IMG/VR virus record: IMGVR_UViG_3300032245_000717
Location: 1 to 25,148 of that record
Length of the DNA: 25,148 bases
DNA from: a virus
Taxonomy: Duplodnaviria; Caudoviricetes
Reading direction: 5' to 3' (one strand)
Shown here: positions 25,101 to 25,148 of the stretch, piece by piece
Numbering within the stretch: the stretch's first letter is position 1
How the letters are laid out: every line of letters begins with the position of its first letter
Translations under genes and position numbers: made by a program
The notes under the pieces: generated by a model
Seen by the model: the letters and a program-made list of their open reading frames with translations, nothing else
Databases searched by the model: none
Told to the model about the DNA's origin: nothing

Positions 25101-25148
25101 TTAGGATATGGCATGACAGCCGAAGGGGCACAAAAAGCTGGCTTAAAA
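19191..25148 (+). CDS. Tape measure protein, 3'-truncated (more than 1986 aa), with internal cargo domains
   Basis: ATG 19191 (MADNLITTNITAHADF...) is in the same frame as the open reading at the window end. No stop was seen in the stretches I translated, and the track shows no terminated + strand ORF here. It has an Ala/Leu-rich helical core (WGKNTQWAGRQLTVGLTVPL...) and the TMP motifs FADGGIVPG and GGPV...VGEKGPELFVP. Confidence 0.92.
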   Translation, partial: MADNLITTNITAHADFTSLRTQLAAVTAQLVKLQETTAGTNAKLANQIAVMNKSFAETMRSTGQFSSHFVSLSSDVDKFGKNLDRGRLKLNDYYNAWNGHTKKTSTLIKDLAKQQVMLEQAIIQPIGKNAQGLMQYNVMVAKGLDEVKNKMNLARQEAAIMNKVMLDGSNQLINWGKNTQWAGRQLTVGLTVPLVAFGAAAQKAFREADAELVRLTKVYGGLAATSAADLAQVRKDVSATAKEIAGAYGVAYKDTISLAADLAATGKQGNDLLQATQQTTRLAVLGEVDRQDAMKATLAIQNAFKQNTDELTQSIDFLNAVENQTSTSLADLTEAIPKAGPVIKALGGDVKDLALYLTAMKEGGVNAAEGANAIKSAMASLINPTKVATEQFASFGIDLKGIVNTNAGDLTGTIMALQSALDQLNPLDKSRAIEQLFGKFQFARMSALFENLGKQGSQTLQVMDLMKASASDLANISSRELTMMTESASGQFKRAWASVQADLAQTGEQFLKISTKVLKVVDSIIKFFQHLPGPVKTFLNALGGITAIAGPLIMMAGVMGNFIGYVVKGIFHLRQLAKGGQGFKLLTPEIMAAEAAAKGLATSFYSDSEATIVLSNAVNTLTESFNNLELKANAAKVAVQPAISTVAGGVISAGGAGQRVVDKNNPLIGAPYSRDMSHLIPSQSPQMGTIFGTVPGAGPVNVRIGKNPQAYMNQDMPKIPGVTSVNGTSTGIVAQEAAKWHAMTAAIAMQSETEIKALKTEVMATGTITSSLAESYQALLPQFSEITQLAAAETQAIVAELQASKITVDQARAKVIQMNATVEAMLAETAAATAAGMGRVANLTTVPLTSQPVVDPITGKSNMKEMFHKGTTKDIVDKIARALGGVRTSGAGYNIQTTKPKFADGGIVPGTGNSDTYHTTAEAGSFVINKKSTQENMPIISNLLGGTPAFADGGQVPVVLTPGEAVIPADIAQDNMPLMHALNGGPGNTSGLGRNLGGGLSENLFTGLKGWLTRNSDPSYDASLKNRVILHDAAVLNHLGFSEDEAVSMAKRDFEEAMQRTKDPKTGRVDRKAFNRFRIEQSRRMQEYIDMQGMGRTVVNKDGSTSKAKYKDLLWQDKPEELKPGGRPSANARIQPSRSLVAALMARADIDQVSLQRVMNTFTSNGKLDYASEHLDQDRNFFTEENGNVKSNRTRGNAYLAMAGSSKVNNFTNWLASMTQGKFVDRVPLTGNAARETADLLAKELKYGNAQNLIKRMPVIQRGHMITQMMRLLLTIGRALPLTREIAANSGGQIPGKFAQRLFGGGRAMFLGMPKTIKQVEQQRAMKLAMEKADIAVKDSRFAKHPVTEYGDLLEPTSGRSFPVPGIGGVYTINGEKVFVKPMLDEKAALAEMRATQIAREAHGLKAPKQSINVMRDPTDPKGLRKLLVLESPFDKALTVQDGKFTTDEYFRQLLASSLRGDKDLGRGNLSGNVLSDVGTAGVFSTASGLRDYSGFMPSVGDQAMINLLGIKGSGAKKFFAESTMNIPKGMTPDAYNSRMLEEIEATLPRLKQTIGSFDLNQQEKVIYAKMIKRLEDARDVKWRELHGVHSAVVPSKETNLTPAALAKIAAAEELKRRQSGHIVSLSDAGFKSSANGFAIGGMIGNVLKGKAMHRIGAGFGPTGAPKPSMYESAPWGVNSLSIEMANTLFANTGLRKHTQKLFYDKFAAALAKEKPYGYVKDAKGSLKNALEPDVLDSVVRSAASDLIGDRSVLKQLSPIDKDILRQKYLNWESKKDTPLTESLKKIIFGLEGREKGGPVNGGQAYVVGEKGPELFVPRVSGGIVPNNKYGIGGQIAGGMAVAAGAQFIASKVANPIISMIIQQVGFMLPMMMQSAAMMQGGGGKGKIMSKIPASMKSPVGVFSEKSGGLTKYGLALDKLNTSGKFLPGILGKIGMAMTRFNLIATAGFLIITGGLKLWKMHQESMRLNALGYGMTAEGAQKAGLK
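23283..23960 (+). other. HipA/PI3K-like atypical kinase domain within the tape measure protein
   Basis: PGIGGVY (Gly loop), KVFVKP (Lys 23331), ALAEMRA (Glu 23364), HGLKAP, RGDKDLGRGNL (catalytic loop, 23568-23600) and LSDVG (DFG-equivalent, 23619). Confidence 0.65.

Larger units (their letters stand above)
1..25148 (+). mobile_element. Segment of a tailed (siphovirus-like) bacteriophage genome: accessory modification cluster plus head and tail morphogenesis module
   Basis: Co-oriented portal, prohead protease, capsid, connectors, tail tube, frameshifted chaperone and tape measure genes in canonical siphovirus order. No host housekeeping genes, integrase or att site are visible. Confidence 0.95.

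Noticed and set aside
1-25148. tRNA, rRNA, integrase, att sites or a diversity-generating retroelement
   Set aside because: No such signatures were seen. Intergenic gaps are short and mostly accounted for by promoters and terminators, and there is no reverse transcriptase or TR/VR pair.

Overview
The whole window is part of a low-GC tailed phage genome (siphovirus-type morphogenesis region), with every credible gene on the + strand. Sigma70/SigA-like promoters, some apparently leaderless, suggest an actinobacterial host, but that is inference. Left part (1-6794): the 3' end of an FN3-domain protein ending in a (FFAPPG)n tandem repeat and a C-terminal Hint (intein-like) domain. It is followed directly by a tightly packed cluster of eight putative modifying genes: a sulfotransferase, an Asp/Asn-beta-hydroxylase-like enzyme, five prolyl-hydroxylase-like 2OG-Fe(II) oxygenases and a DUF6065-like protein. 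Middle (6812-9836): a collagen-like fibre with an S74 chaperone and a LamG protein. Right part: portal, prohead protease with a nested scaffold start, major capsid, head-tail connectors, tail tube, a tail assembly chaperone with a -1 frameshift, and a tape measure protein of more than 1986 aa that is missing from the ORF track. The tape measure protein carries GG-delimited cargo modules, including a HipA/PI3K-like kinase. The best candidate for an undescribed system is a phage-encoded post-translational modification pathway for a Pro/Phe-rich, Hint-processed repeat peptide. The second is a tape measure protein that may deliver effector domains. All family assignments come from motifs read by eye; no searches were run.
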